Shown here piece by piece: positions 48,683 to 58,059 of a DNA stretch of 64,000 nt. The notes under the pieces are model-generated. The model was not told where the DNA came from. It worked only from the letters and a program-made list of their open reading frames with translations, and did not search any database. The DNA is from Dehalococcoidia bacterium (GTDB lineage Bacteria; Chloroflexota; Dehalococcoidia; UBA2979), in NCBI GenBank assembly GCA_029941115.1, contig JAPYRK010000004.1:21271-85270 (forward strand), read 5' to 3'. The translations under genes and the position numbers were made by a program. Every line of letters begins with the position of its first letter. Within the stretch, counting starts at the first letter, position 1.

Positions 48683-50380
48683 ATGTGCCAAATGAAGCCA
48701 ATAAACGAAGAGAATCCGAAAAACATAAAACTTCGATCCGCAAGGAAGGAGTGGCAAGAGAACACATTAAATCCAGCTGTAAATAAATTTCCGGAGCGGA
48801 AATCAGAATTCACATCATCCGCTGTGCCACAGGATCGAATCTATACTCCTTTGGATATCTCTGACACTGACTATGTTGATGACTTGAATTTTCCTGGTCA
48901 ATTCCCGTTCACACGGGGTGTTCAGCCTACTATGTATCGGGGTCGACTTTGGACTATGCGCCAGTATGCCGGCTTTGGTACCGCCAAACAGACGAACGAA
49001 CGATTCAGGATGCTGATCGAAAACGGTCAAACTGGACTTTCTGCTGCATTTGATTTACCTACTCAAACCGGCTACGACTCTGATCACCCTATGGCACTTG
49101 GTGAAGTAGGCCAAGTGGGCGTGGCAATAGACTCTCTTCACGATATGGAAGAGATGTTTGAGGACATTCCACTAGATAAAATTTCAACTTCAATGACTAT
49201 AAATGCTCCGGCAGCTGTACTCGTAGCCATGTATCTAGTAGCGGCAGAAAAGCAAGGACACAAATACTCGGTTACAACAGGAACTGCGCAAAATGATGTA
49301 CTTAAAGAATATGTGGCTCGGGGTACATATATATTTCCGCCAAAACAGTCGGTGCGTCTCGCGGCTAATTTGATTAATTTTTGTGCGGAGCAGGCACCTA
49401 GGTTTAATTCAATATCTGTCTCTGGATATCACATCCGAGAAGCTGGCTCTACAGCGTCACAAGAGATAGGGTTTGCGTTTGCGAATGCAATCGCCTACCT
49501 CGAAGAATGCCAGAGACAGGGCGGCGACCTCGATCAGGTAGCACAACGAGTTTCGTGGATTTTCAATACTCACAATCATTTCTTTGAAGAAGTCGCAAAG
49601 TTTAGGGCGCTACGCCGTCTCTGGGCACGGACAGTTCAGGAGAGATTCAAAATCACGGATCCGAGAGCTCAGATGCTGAGAACCCATACTCAGACGGGCG
49701 GGTCCACATTGACCGCTCAACAACCATTGAATAACATAGCCCGATCCGCAATACAAGCTTTGGCAGCAGTGTCGGGCGGGGTTCAATCGCTAGCTCTATC
49801 TTGCTACGACGAGGCACTTGCACTGCCTACTGAAGACGCTCAACAGACAGCCTTACGCACGCAACAAATAATCGCCCATGAATCTGGAGTTGCTGACACA
49901 ATCGATCCGTTCGCAGGATCATATTATGTCGAATCCTTAACTAATTCACTTGAGAATGAAGCACTAAAAATAATGAATCATATCGATGATTTGGGTGGCG
50001 CAGCAGCGTCCATTGAAAACGGATATATGCAAGCGGAAATTCAAGAAGCCTCTATCCAGTGGCAGCAGGAAGTAGAATCCAAAGAACGGACGATCGTAGG
50101 CGTTAACGCGTATATTGACCCGTCCGAAGATGCAACTCCATTGTTTAGGCCAAATCATGAAGTCGCTCAGCAACAGTTAGAACGTCTAGAGAAACTACGT
50201 GCAAATCGAGACATTACAGCAGTCAACAAAAATCTTGAGCATCTCCGGGAGCAAACACGAACCGATGTTAACCTTATGCCTGCAATAATCGAATCTGTGC
50301 GGGCTTATGCCACGCTGGGAGAAATTTGTCAGATTTTGCGTGAAGAATGGGGTGAATATACTCCCGTCACCGTTGTTTAA
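48683..50380 (+). CDS. Methylmalonyl-CoA mutase-family catalytic (large, N-terminal) subunit without B12-binding domain
   Basis: FTRGVQPTMYRGRLWTMRQYAGFGTA and TGTAQNDVLKEYVARGTYIFP (Tyr and Arg of the MCM-type substrate pocket). 565 aa, ending before a cobalamin-binding domain. Confidence 0.9.
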   Translation: MCQMKPINEENPKNIKLRSARKEWQENTLNPAVNKFPERKSEFTSSAVPQDRIYTPLDISDTDYVDDLNFPGQFPFTRGVQPTMYRGRLWTMRQYAGFGTAKQTNERFRMLIENGQTGLSAAFDLPTQTGYDSDHPMALGEVGQVGVAIDSLHDMEEMFEDIPLDKISTSMTINAPAAVLVAMYLVAAEKQGHKYSVTTGTAQNDVLKEYVARGTYIFPPKQSVRLAANLINFCAEQAPRFNSISVSGYHIREAGSTASQEIGFAFANAIAYLEECQRQGGDLDQVAQRVSWIFNTHNHFFEEVAKFRALRRLWARTVQERFKITDPRAQMLRTHTQTGGSTLTAQQPLNNIARSAIQALAAVSGGVQSLALSCYDEALALPTEDAQQTALRTQQIIAHESGVADTIDPFAGSYYVESLTNSLENEALKIMNHIDDLGGAAASIENGYMQAEIQEASIQWQQEVESKERTIVGVNAYIDPSEDATPLFRPNHEVAQQQLERLEKLRANRDITAVNKNLEHLREQTRTDVNLMPAIIESVRAYATLGEICQILREEWGEYTPVTVV

Positions 50381-50476
50381 CTCATAAATTCTTGAAACTC
50401 TAGTTGAGTTTTATCACCAACGCGTAGCACATTTACTCAATATACTTTTGATTGGTAAATAACAAAGGGGAAGTTT

Positions 50477-51226
50477 ATGTCTCAAGAACTAGCAGGAAAA
50501 GTAGCCTTAGTCACAGGCGCCAGTAGAGGTATTGGAAAAGCATGCGCGACAGCACTCGCGCAGAGAGGCGCTTCAATAGTTCTTAACTATGTTGCGAACC
50601 AAGACGCTGCTGAGGCAACCAAGACTGAACTTGAATCTCTTGGAACGAAAGTTCTGGTTTTTCAAGGTAATGTCTCCGTCGAAGATGAAGCCCGTGCCTT
50701 AGTTAGAGCCGCTGAAACTGAGTTCGGGCAAGTTGACATACTTGTTAATAATGCAGGAGTAAATCGTGACAAGACGGTACAGCGCCTAACAGGTGACGCG
50801 TGGCGTGAAGTAATCGATACGAATCTGTCCTCTTGCTTCTATACGACAAGTGCGGTTCTCGATGGGATGCGTGAACGCAGTTTTGGAAGGATAATTCAGA
50901 TATCCTCAATAATTGGTCAAATGGGTAATATTGGACAGTCGAACTATGCAGCTTCAAAAGCGGGCATGATAGCATTTACAAAAAGCACTGCTAAAGAAGT
51001 TGCCAGATTCGGAATAACCGTCAACGCTGTCTGCCCAGGGTTCGTCGAAACCGATATGGTCGCGGCTCTACCTGATGAAATCAAGCAAACACTCCTCTCA
51101 AATATCCCGCTCGGACGATTTGGTACTGCGGAAGAAGTTGGAGAAACAGTTGCATTTCTTTGTGGCCCGAGTGGAGGCTGGTATACCGGCTCTCAGCTAA
51201 CGATGAATGGTGGCCAATATATGTAA
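50477..51226 (+). CDS. 3-oxoacyl-ACP / acetoacetyl-CoA reductase (FabG/PhaB-like SDR)
   Basis: VTGASRGIGKA, NNAGVNRD, NYAASKAG, PGFVETDM. AAGGGGAAG RBS. Confidence 0.85.
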   Translation: MSQELAGKVALVTGASRGIGKACATALAQRGASIVLNYVANQDAAEATKTELESLGTKVLVFQGNVSVEDEARALVRAAETEFGQVDILVNNAGVNRDKTVQRLTGDAWREVIDTNLSSCFYTTSAVLDGMRERSFGRIIQISSIIGQMGNIGQSNYAASKAGMIAFTKSTAKEVARFGITVNAVCPGFVETDMVAALPDEIKQTLLSNIPLGRFGTAEEVGETVAFLCGPSGGWYTGSQLTMNGGQYM

Positions 51227-51253
51227 CTCCGGGTCAAAAAATGCGCCCACTGT

Positions 51254-51269
51254 TGTTGACATGTTGACA
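51254..51269 (+). repeat. Perfect tandem duplication of octamer TGTTGACA (two -35-like TTGACA boxes)
   Basis: TGTTGACATGTTGACA lies upstream of sufR. The second TTGACA is 18 nt upstream of TAGTTT (51288-51293). Palindrome CCATATGG (51277-51284) sits in the spacer. Confidence 0.4.
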
Positions 51270-51350
51270 ATCAAAACCATATGGCGATAGTTTAACTACA
51301 CAAGGCTTATTTAGCCCAATCGGAAACATTAAAACTATTGACGTATACGT

Positions 51351-52007
51351 ATGAATGAAACTCGTGAGCAAATACTGAATCTAATTGAGGCCAAAGAACT
51401 CTCGGCCACTGAAATAGCGACCACTTTGAACCTATCCCCTGGCGCTGTGCGGCGGCATTTAGATCTCTTGGTAGCAGATCAATTAATCACGTCGCACATC
51501 CCACGAAAAGATAATTTACGAAAGGCAGTTCGCGGCAGACCTACAAGTGTATTTCGGCTCTCCGACACATCCGAAATGCTAAAGTCGGCCATGGACTATA
51601 GGCGACTACTCGGGAGAATCGCACACGCGCTTGAATCTTTTTCAGACTTAGAAGTCAGCGGAAAAGATGGCACGGAGATTCTTGAACTTGTTGCAGAACG
51701 ATTAGCAGAGCTGGTTGCGGCTGACTACGCTGGAAACATGAGAGCAAAAACATTTGAGGCGAAACTTGTCGAAGTAGTCTCATTACTTTCTGAAGAAGGA
51801 ATACTCAGGTCTATACGAACTAACGAAAAAGGCTTCATCCTGTCGACTCCTTCATGTCCGATTAAGACACTATCAAGAACAACCGCCGCGGTCTGTGAGG
51901 CTGACCGCAGAACCATTGAACTATTGATCGGAACTCAAGTCCAACAAATAGGGACTATCGCTGCTGGAAGCACTTCGTGTGAATATCTAGTCCGTAAAAC
52001 TAAGTAA
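51351..52007 (+). CDS. sufR: SufR-like winged-HTH transcriptional regulator
   Basis: ArsR/DeoR-type wHTH (LSATEIATTLNLSPGAVRRHLDLL) and three C-terminal Cys (SCP, VCE, SCE). Located directly upstream of sufCBD. Confidence 0.55.
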   Translation: MNETREQILNLIEAKELSATEIATTLNLSPGAVRRHLDLLVADQLITSHIPRKDNLRKAVRGRPTSVFRLSDTSEMLKSAMDYRRLLGRIAHALESFSDLEVSGKDGTEILELVAERLAELVAADYAGNMRAKTFEAKLVEVVSLLSEEGILRSIRTNEKGFILSTPSCPIKTLSRTTAAVCEADRRTIELLIGTQVQQIGTIAAGSTSCEYLVRKTK

Positions 52008-52045
52008 TCTAAACGGGGTCTGCTATTCAACCAATACCATTTACA

Positions 52046-52090
52046 ATAATTAAGTGATATAAAACACATTAATAATTAAGTTATACAAAT
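52046..52090. repeat. AT-rich direct repeats with 26-bp period in the sufR-sufC spacer
   Basis: AATAATTAAGTGATATAAA (52046-52064) and AATAATTAAGTTATACAAA (52072-52090) match at 17/19 positions. ACATTAAT also recurs at 52067 and 52093 with the same 26-bp offset. Confidence 0.45.
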
Positions 52091-52186
52091 GACATTAATT
52101 TGACGCTATGGTTGTAATCGTTGAAACTGAGAAAACACAAACTTCTATCTGTATGAATAGCACTCCCGAAGGGTAATGCAAAATTA

Positions 52187-52981
52187 ATGACAACCAATGA
52201 AAACAGTTCGTTGCTTGAAATCACGGATCTCGCTACATCGGTCACTGAACGACCTGATGTAAAAATCCTCAAAGGTATTAATTTATCTATTAAACCAGGC
52301 GAGGTGCATGCCTTAATGGGGCCAAATGGCTCTGGGAAAAGCACTCTCGCGTTGACGATTGCGGGAAGTCCTACCTATACTGTTGACCGAGGCAACGTCT
52401 CATACAAAGATGAAGATATTACCCACATGGCAGCAGATCAGCGTGCTAGAAACGGTATTTTTCTCTCATTCCAATACCCTACGGCTATACCGGGTGTAAC
52501 TCTTGTAAATCTGATTCGTGAAGCAATTAAGGCTCGAACAGGTGAGGATGTCTCTGCCCGAGAATTCATTGCACAACTGCGAGAGACGCTGGGTCGTTTG
52601 AAGATGTCGGAAGATTTCGCTCGCAGATATGTGAATGATGGCTTCTCTGGCGGTGAGAAAAAGCGCGCGGAAATCCTACAGCTCGGAATGCTTAGGCCGG
52701 AGCTCGCGATTCTCGATGAAACTGATTCAGGCCTAGACATCGACGCGTTGCGAACTGTGGCCGAAGGAGTGACCACTCTCAGGGATCCAAACATGGGTAT
52801 ACTCCTGATCACGCACTATGAACGGATACTCAATTATATAGAACCTGATTTCGTTCATATATTGGTTGGTGGCAATATAGTTGCATCTGGCGATTTTGAC
52901 CTAGCCAAGCGAATCGAAGGCGAGGGATATGACCCTCTACTTAGAGAACTAAATATATCAGAAGAGGAGGCGTTGATATGA
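52187..52981 (+). CDS. sufC: Fe-S cluster assembly ATPase SufC
   Basis: Walker [34 protein letters not shown]. Confidence 0.95.
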   Translation: MTTNENSSLLEITDLATSVTERPDVKILKGINLSIKPGEVHALMGPNGSGKSTLALTIAGSPTYTVDRGNVSYKDEDITHMAADQRARNGIFLSFQYPTAIPGVTLVNLIREAIKARTGEDVSAREFIAQLRETLGRLKMSEDFARRYVNDGFSGGEKKRAEILQLGMLRPELAILDETDSGLDIDALRTVAEGVTTLRDPNMGILLITHYERILNYIEPDFVHILVGGNIVASGDFDLAKRIEGEGYDPLLRELNISEEEALI

Positions 52982-54396
52982 CGACCGTTGATCCTAACGT
53001 AAGAAACACTGTTGGAGAATATAAATGGGGTTTCCACGACACCGAAAAACCGCTTTTTATGGCGGAGAAAGGTCTGAGTGAGGGCCTCGTCAGAGAAATC
53101 TCGGCTATGAAAGAAGAGCCTGAGTGGATGCTTGAATACCGACTCGAAGCTCTTGAAACTTTCTACAGGCTCGAGAATCCAAAATGGGCGGGATCTCCGG
53201 ACGTATTAGATGCAATTGACTTCGAAAACATACATTACTACGTCAAGGCGACTGACACCGATTCTACCAATTGGGAAGACGTGCCTGAATACATTAAGGA
53301 CACATTTGACAAGTTAGGGATCCCCGAGGCCGAAAGACAATTTTTGGCGGGCGCGGGTGCTCAATATGATAGTGAAGTTGTCTATCACAACATACGTGAA
53401 GATCTGGAGGCTCAGGGGGTCCAATTTTTAGGGATGGATCAAGGGTTACGCGAACACGAAGATTTGGTTCGGGAGTACTTTTCGACAATTATTCCTTCGG
53501 GTGATAACAAGTATGCGGCGCTTAATACAGCTGTTTGGTCAGGGGGCTCATTTATATATGTACCGCCAGGCGTCCACGTTGAAGTTCCACTTCAAGCGTA
53601 TTTCCGCATTAATACTGAAAATATGGGGCAGTTCGAACGCACCTTGATTATCGCTGATGAGGGATCCTACATACATTATGTGGAGGGTTGTACCGCACCT
53701 ACCTACTCATCCGACTCGCTACACTCAGCTGTAGTAGAAATTATTGTTAAGAAAAATGCACGGGTTAGATATACGACCATTCAAAATTGGTCAAACAATG
53801 TCTATAACCTCGTAACAAAGCGAGCCTACGCGTACGAGAATGCCGTAATGGAGTGGGTCGACGGTAACATTGGATCCAAACTAACGATGAAATATCCATC
53901 CGTTTATTTGATGGAACCAGGCGCGCATGGTGAGATACTCTCCTTAGCGTTTGCTGGAGATCAACAGCATCAAGATGCAGGCGGAAAGATTGTGCACGTC
54001 GCTCCTAATACGACTTCGGCTATTGTTTCGAAATCCGTTTCAAGAGGCTCTGGAAGAAGTTCGTACCGAGGCCTGCTCAAGGTTCACGAAGGCGCCACAA
54101 ATTCTTCCTCTACTGTTCGGTGCGATGCACTGCTACTAGATGAGCTCTCTCGCTCTGACACCTACCCCACTATGGAAGTTGATGAGGAGCGAGTTAATAT
54201 TGGACATGAAGCATCGGTTTCTCGTCTGGGCGAAGATCAACTGTTTTATCTGATGTCAAGAGGAATTGATGAAGAATCAGCAGCAAAAATGGTAGTGAAT
54301 GGATTCGTAGAACCAATCGTCAAAGAACTTCCCATGGAATACGCGATCGAACTAAATAGATTGATCGAACTTCAAATGGAAGGTTCTGTGGGTTAG
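52978..54396 (+). CDS. sufB: Fe-S cluster assembly scaffold SufB
   Basis: ATGA overlap with sufC. 472 aa. SufB-typical C-terminal region ([21 protein letters not shown]). Confidence 0.95.
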   Translation: MTTVDPNVRNTVGEYKWGFHDTEKPLFMAEKGLSEGLVREISAMKEEPEWMLEYRLEALETFYRLENPKWAGSPDVLDAIDFENIHYYVKATDTDSTNWEDVPEYIKDTFDKLGIPEAERQFLAGAGAQYDSEVVYHNIREDLEAQGVQFLGMDQGLREHEDLVREYFSTIIPSGDNKYAALNTAVWSGGSFIYVPPGVHVEVPLQAYFRINTENMGQFERTLIIADEGSYIHYVEGCTAPTYSSDSLHSAVVEIIVKKNARVRYTTIQNWSNNVYNLVTKRAYAYENAVMEWVDGNIGSKLTMKYPSVYLMEPGAHGEILSLAFAGDQQHQDAGGKIVHVAPNTTSAIVSKSVSRGSGRSSYRGLLKVHEGATNSSSTVRCDALLLDELSRSDTYPTMEVDEERVNIGHEASVSRLGEDQLFYLMSRGIDEESAAKMVVNGFVEPIVKELPMEYAIELNRLIELQMEGSVG

Positions 54397-54399
54397 TTA

Positions 54400-55587
54400 A
54401 TGACTGCCACACAATCAACTTCACCAGCTTGGCTTACTGAATACCGCGCGCTGGCTCAGCAGACGTTGGATGAGAAGGCACTCCCTACCTCGACCGATCG
54501 TCCGTGGAAATACACGGACGTCTCTGCGCTCGATATCTACAGCTTGAAACAATTAGAAACTGAAGACCAAGCGATACGAATAGTTTCTTGCCCAGAAGAT
54601 TTAGTAGTTCGTGGCTTAATTGATTCCGCCCACGATCCGGAGTTAGAACAGAAAATTCAGGCAAATCTTGGACATCTCATACCGGCAGATGAAGACTATC
54701 TATTGGCCGCTAATTCAGCTGAATGGACCAATGGTTTTTTCATAAACCCGAAACAAGGCGTGCAATACACCGAACCCTTGTCGATCGAGATCGATTTATC
54801 GAAGCGAAGTGCAACAATATTCCCGAGAATCTTAATCGTGGCTGAGGCTAACTCAGAACTTGACATCATTATTAGCTCAACATCGATCGAAGAGGAAGCT
54901 CTCGTAATCGCTGCTTTAGAACTACAGGTTAACAACAGCGCTAGATTAGCGATTACATTCGCGAACAACTGGGGATTCAATACTAAAGAATTCACTACCC
55001 TTCGAGCTGAACTCGCTGATAACGCCTCGCTCAACATCTCCACAATATGTATTGGGGGAGCAATTGTTAAGCATCGGTACGATATCCACCTAAACGGCAA
55101 GGGTGCTGATTCGCGTGTAAAAGGTGTCGCCGTGGGAGACAAAACGCAGCACTTTGATTTCATGACTGTGCAAGAGCACAATGCACCAAACTCTTCATCA
55201 GATGTTGAAATTAAGACTGCACTTGCTGGAGAATCTCGAGCTGTCTACTACGGAATAACACGAGTGTCAGAAGAGGCAAAAGGATCCCAAGCAAATCAAG
55301 AGAACAGAAATATGCTACTTGCACCAAAAGCAAAAGCAGATTCGGATCCTGTTTTAGAAATACTGACCAATGATGTAAGTCGGTGCGGGCATGGCGCCAC
55401 GGTTGGACCGGTTGATGCTGAGGGAATGTTCTATCTCATGTCAAGGGGACTCAACAAACGCGCTGCTTTGCGTATACTAGTTGGCGGGTTTCTATCACCA
55501 ATTGTCGACTATCTTAAAGATGCCAAATTGGCGGATACAGTGAGGGCCACCGTAAATGACAAGCTTCAGAACGCCTCGTTAGATTAG
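54400..55587 (+). CDS. sufD: Fe-S cluster assembly protein SufD
   Basis: SufB/D beta-helix paralogue following sufB. GHGATVGPVDAEGMFYLMSRGL. Confidence 0.9.
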   Translation: MTATQSTSPAWLTEYRALAQQTLDEKALPTSTDRPWKYTDVSALDIYSLKQLETEDQAIRIVSCPEDLVVRGLIDSAHDPELEQKIQANLGHLIPADEDYLLAANSAEWTNGFFINPKQGVQYTEPLSIEIDLSKRSATIFPRILIVAEANSELDIIISSTSIEEEALVIAALELQVNNSARLAITFANNWGFNTKEFTTLRAELADNASLNISTICIGGAIVKHRYDIHLNGKGADSRVKGVAVGDKTQHFDFMTVQEHNAPNSSSDVEIKTALAGESRAVYYGITRVSEEAKGSQANQENRNMLLAPKAKADSDPVLEILTNDVSRCGHGATVGPVDAEGMFYLMSRGLNKRAALRILVGGFLSPIVDYLKDAKLADTVRATVNDKLQNASLD

Positions 55588-55602
55588 TCTTTTTTACAGC
55601 TA

Positions 55603-55956
55603 ATGACTGATCCAAACAGGTCAATATTATTAACCATAAGCCGTGACGAGGTTCCAATTGGGGAAGTTCGCGCATTTACTGTAGATTCTCTCTCAATCGT
55701 AATCTCTCATCTGTCCAACAAAGTATGGGGTGCGGTAGAAAATTTATGCAGTCACGATAACGGTGCTCTCGGGGACGGCAAACTCAGACGAGGAGACATT
55801 GTGTGTCCACGACATGGCGCTTCCTTTGACTGTATTACTGGTAAGGTTAAGAGCCTGCCTGCTGTGAAGTCTGTTGCATTCTTTGAGGCCTCTGAAGACG
55901 ATACAGGGCAAGTTCACATTAGTAGAAGCTCAGGAGCGTCTAATGGCAACCAATAA
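55603..55956 (+). CDS. Rieske [2Fe-2S] ferredoxin-like protein embedded in the suf operon
   Basis: CSHDNG (CxH) and CPRHGASF (CxxH) ligand boxes. 117 aa. Confidence 0.85.
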   Translation: MTDPNRSILLTISRDEVPIGEVRAFTVDSLSIVISHLSNKVWGAVENLCSHDNGALGDGKLRRGDIVCPRHGASFDCITGKVKSLPAVKSVAFFEASEDDTGQVHISRSSGASNGNQ

Positions 55957-57202
55957 ATCTCAATCTATGACTTATTCGTTAGATATCGAAAAAATTAGGC
56001 GCGATTTCCCAATACTTAGGCGAGAAATTTCAGATGGCAAACCTTTGGTTTATCTGGACAATGCCGCAACCAGTCAAACGCCTGTCCAGGTAATCGCCGA
56101 CATCACTCGTTTCTATCGGGATCACAATGCGAACATTCACCGAGGTGTTCATACCCTATCAATTGAAGCGACCGAACTGCATGAAAGTGCTCGAAGAAAA
56201 ATTGCGCGTTTTTTTAATGCGCCGACGTCTGATGAATGTATTTTTACAAGCGGCACTACTGAGTCAATCAACCTCGTTGCACACGCTTGGGGCCGGCAGC
56301 ACCTTAAAAAGGGAGACAGGGTCGTCATTACAGAAATCGAACACCACTCAAACATCGTTCCGTGGCAGATTCTGAGAGACGAGGTGGGAATCGAACTAAA
56401 ATATATCCCTATGTTGTCCGACGGCACCTTGGATATGGATTATGCGTCAGACCTCATTACCACGAATACAAAACTAGTGGCCGTCACAGCAATGTCAAAT
56501 GCCCTCGGCAATATCACTGAGATATCTGCAGTTGTAGATCTGGCGAAGAAAGCTGGTGCGTTGGTTCTTCTCGATGGTGCACAATCTGCTCCCCATCTCA
56601 AAACTGATATTCAACAACTTGATATTGATTTTTTTGCATGTTCAGCACACAAAATGCTTGGGCCAACAGGAATAGGGCTCCTCTGGGCAAAAATGGAACA
56701 TTTAACTACCATGAAACCCTTAATGGGCGGTGGCGATATGATTCTCACGGTTAGTATGGAAAATTCAACTTGGGCCGATATTCCAGCAAAGTTTGAAGCG
56801 GGAACTCCGAATATTGCTGGCGCGATTGGATTTGGTGCCGCTTGTGACTATCTTACTAATGTCGGAATGGAAAATATTCGAAATCACGAGATGCAAATTA
56901 CCCAATATGCCATAGACAAGCTGCAAAGAATCGAGCGCGTTCGCATTTTTGGTCCACTTGATTCCAAAAAACGTGGTGGTGTAATCTCGTTCAATATCGA
57001 GGGTATCCATCCACACGATGTTGGACAAGTATTAGATTCAGATGGCATCGCAATTCGAACCGGACACCACTGTGCTCAACCGATTATGTCTGCGCTCAAC
57101 GTTCCTGCCACTGCTCGAGCATCCTTCTACCTATATAACACTGAGAAAGAGGTTGATAAGCTCACCGAGGCGTTGAATACTGTGATTGAGTATTTTGGCT
57201 AG
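55943..57202 (+). CDS. sufS: Cysteine desulfurase SufS (class II)
   Basis: Start moved to ATG 55943 (AGGAG upstream; 14-nt overlap with the Rieske gene). PLP-Lys SAHKMLGPTG, and catalytic Cys RTGHHCAQP. Confidence 0.9.
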   Translation: MATNKSQSMTYSLDIEKIRRDFPILRREISDGKPLVYLDNAATSQTPVQVIADITRFYRDHNANIHRGVHTLSIEATELHESARRKIARFFNAPTSDECIFTSGTTESINLVAHAWGRQHLKKGDRVVITEIEHHSNIVPWQILRDEVGIELKYIPMLSDGTLDMDYASDLITTNTKLVAVTAMSNALGNITEISAVVDLAKKAGALVLLDGAQSAPHLKTDIQQLDIDFFACSAHKMLGPTGIGLLWAKMEHLTTMKPLMGGGDMILTVSMENSTWADIPAKFEAGTPNIAGAIGFGAACDYLTNVGMENIRNHEMQITQYAIDKLQRIERVRIFGPLDSKKRGGVISFNIEGIHPHDVGQVLDSDGIAIRTGHHCAQPIMSALNVPATARASFYLYNTEKEVDKLTEALNTVIEYFG

Positions 57203-57228
57203 GCAATGTTAGAGAAGGACTTGTTTTC

Positions 57229-57678
57229 ATGAGTGGCACTTTACTTGACGAACTGTATAAGGAGATCATCCTTGATCACTACAGACAGCCACGAAATAAA
57301 GGTGAGCTCGTCAACTCAACATGTTCAGCGAACGGAGCAAATCCATTGTGTGGAGATGAAATTCAACTACAAGTAACCCTTGTCGATAATGTAATCGAGC
57401 AAATTGCTTTTACAGGAGCAGGTTGCTCAATCTCACAGGCAGCATCAAGTATGATGACGGAGTTTGTTCAGGGCCGGCCTATATCTGAAGCTCTAGTGGG
57501 TGTCCTATCCTTTCAGGAAATGATGACCTCCGGAGTCCCATCCGAGGTAGATGGATTCGATGATATTGACGCGCTAATGGGCGTAGCGAAGTTCCCAGCA
57601 CGGGTAAAATGTGCTTCTCTTAGCTGGAAAACGCTTGAACAAGCGCTTGACGGAAATAGCACTGCAACTACGGAATAA
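57229..57678 (+). CDS. sufU: Sulfur-transfer protein SufU (zinc-dependent, IscU-like)
   Basis: NPLCGD, GAGCSISQAS, RVKCASLSW conserved Cys motifs. Confidence 0.9.
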   Translation: MSGTLLDELYKEIILDHYRQPRNKGELVNSTCSANGANPLCGDEIQLQVTLVDNVIEQIAFTGAGCSISQAASSMMTEFVQGRPISEALVGVLSFQEMMTSGVPSEVDGFDDIDALMGVAKFPARVKCASLSWKTLEQALDGNSTATTE

Positions 57679-57703
57679 TTCTCCAAGAGGAAAGAAGTTA
57701 CAA

Positions 57704-58039
57704 ATGTCAGACCAATCTGCAAGTGATACGAATGCACCATCAAAGGAAGATATTTTTGAGGAACTCAAAGGGGTAGAAGACCCCGAGCTTCGTATGAGTA
57801 TTGTCGAACTTGGTTTGGTGTACGACGTTAATGCTGATATGGATGGAACCGTGACCGTCGACATGACTTTAACTTCGCCAGCATGTCCAGTTGGACCCAT
57901 GCTCCAAGGAATGATCTTTCACAAGGTCATGCAGATGGATGGAGTAGAGGATGTAGAGGTGAATCTAGTGTGGAGCCCTCCTTGGGACCCCAAGACCATG
58001 GCTTCTGATGACGTAAAAATGGCTCTCGGTATCTGGTAA
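57704..58039 (+). CDS. sufT: DUF59/SufT-like Fe-S assembly protein
   Basis: Start moved to ATG 57704. DPELRMSIVELGLVYDV and LTSPACP motifs. Confidence 0.85.
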   Translation: MSDQSASDTNAPSKEDIFEELKGVEDPELRMSIVELGLVYDVNADMDGTVTVDMTLTSPACPVGPMLQGMIFHKVMQMDGVEDVEVNLVWSPPWDPKTMASDDVKMALGIW

Positions 58040-58059
58040 CGTGTCTAAAGTATGAAGGT

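Noticed and set aside
52041-52118. Considered whether the 26-bp-period repeats could be a degenerate CRISPR or other array
   Set aside because: There are only about 2.3 imperfect AT-rich copies with no unique spacers and no cas genes. A promoter/operator repeat is the better reading.
55874-55942. Long N-terminal extensions in the ORF track: sufS from 55874, sufT from 57611, GNAT from 1578, DinB-like from 3429, epimerase from 48162, DUF35 from 1169, LLM from 28994
   Set aside because: In each case an internal ATG with a good Shine-Dalgarno matches the expected family N-terminus. The extension overlaps the upstream gene or has no family-like sequence.
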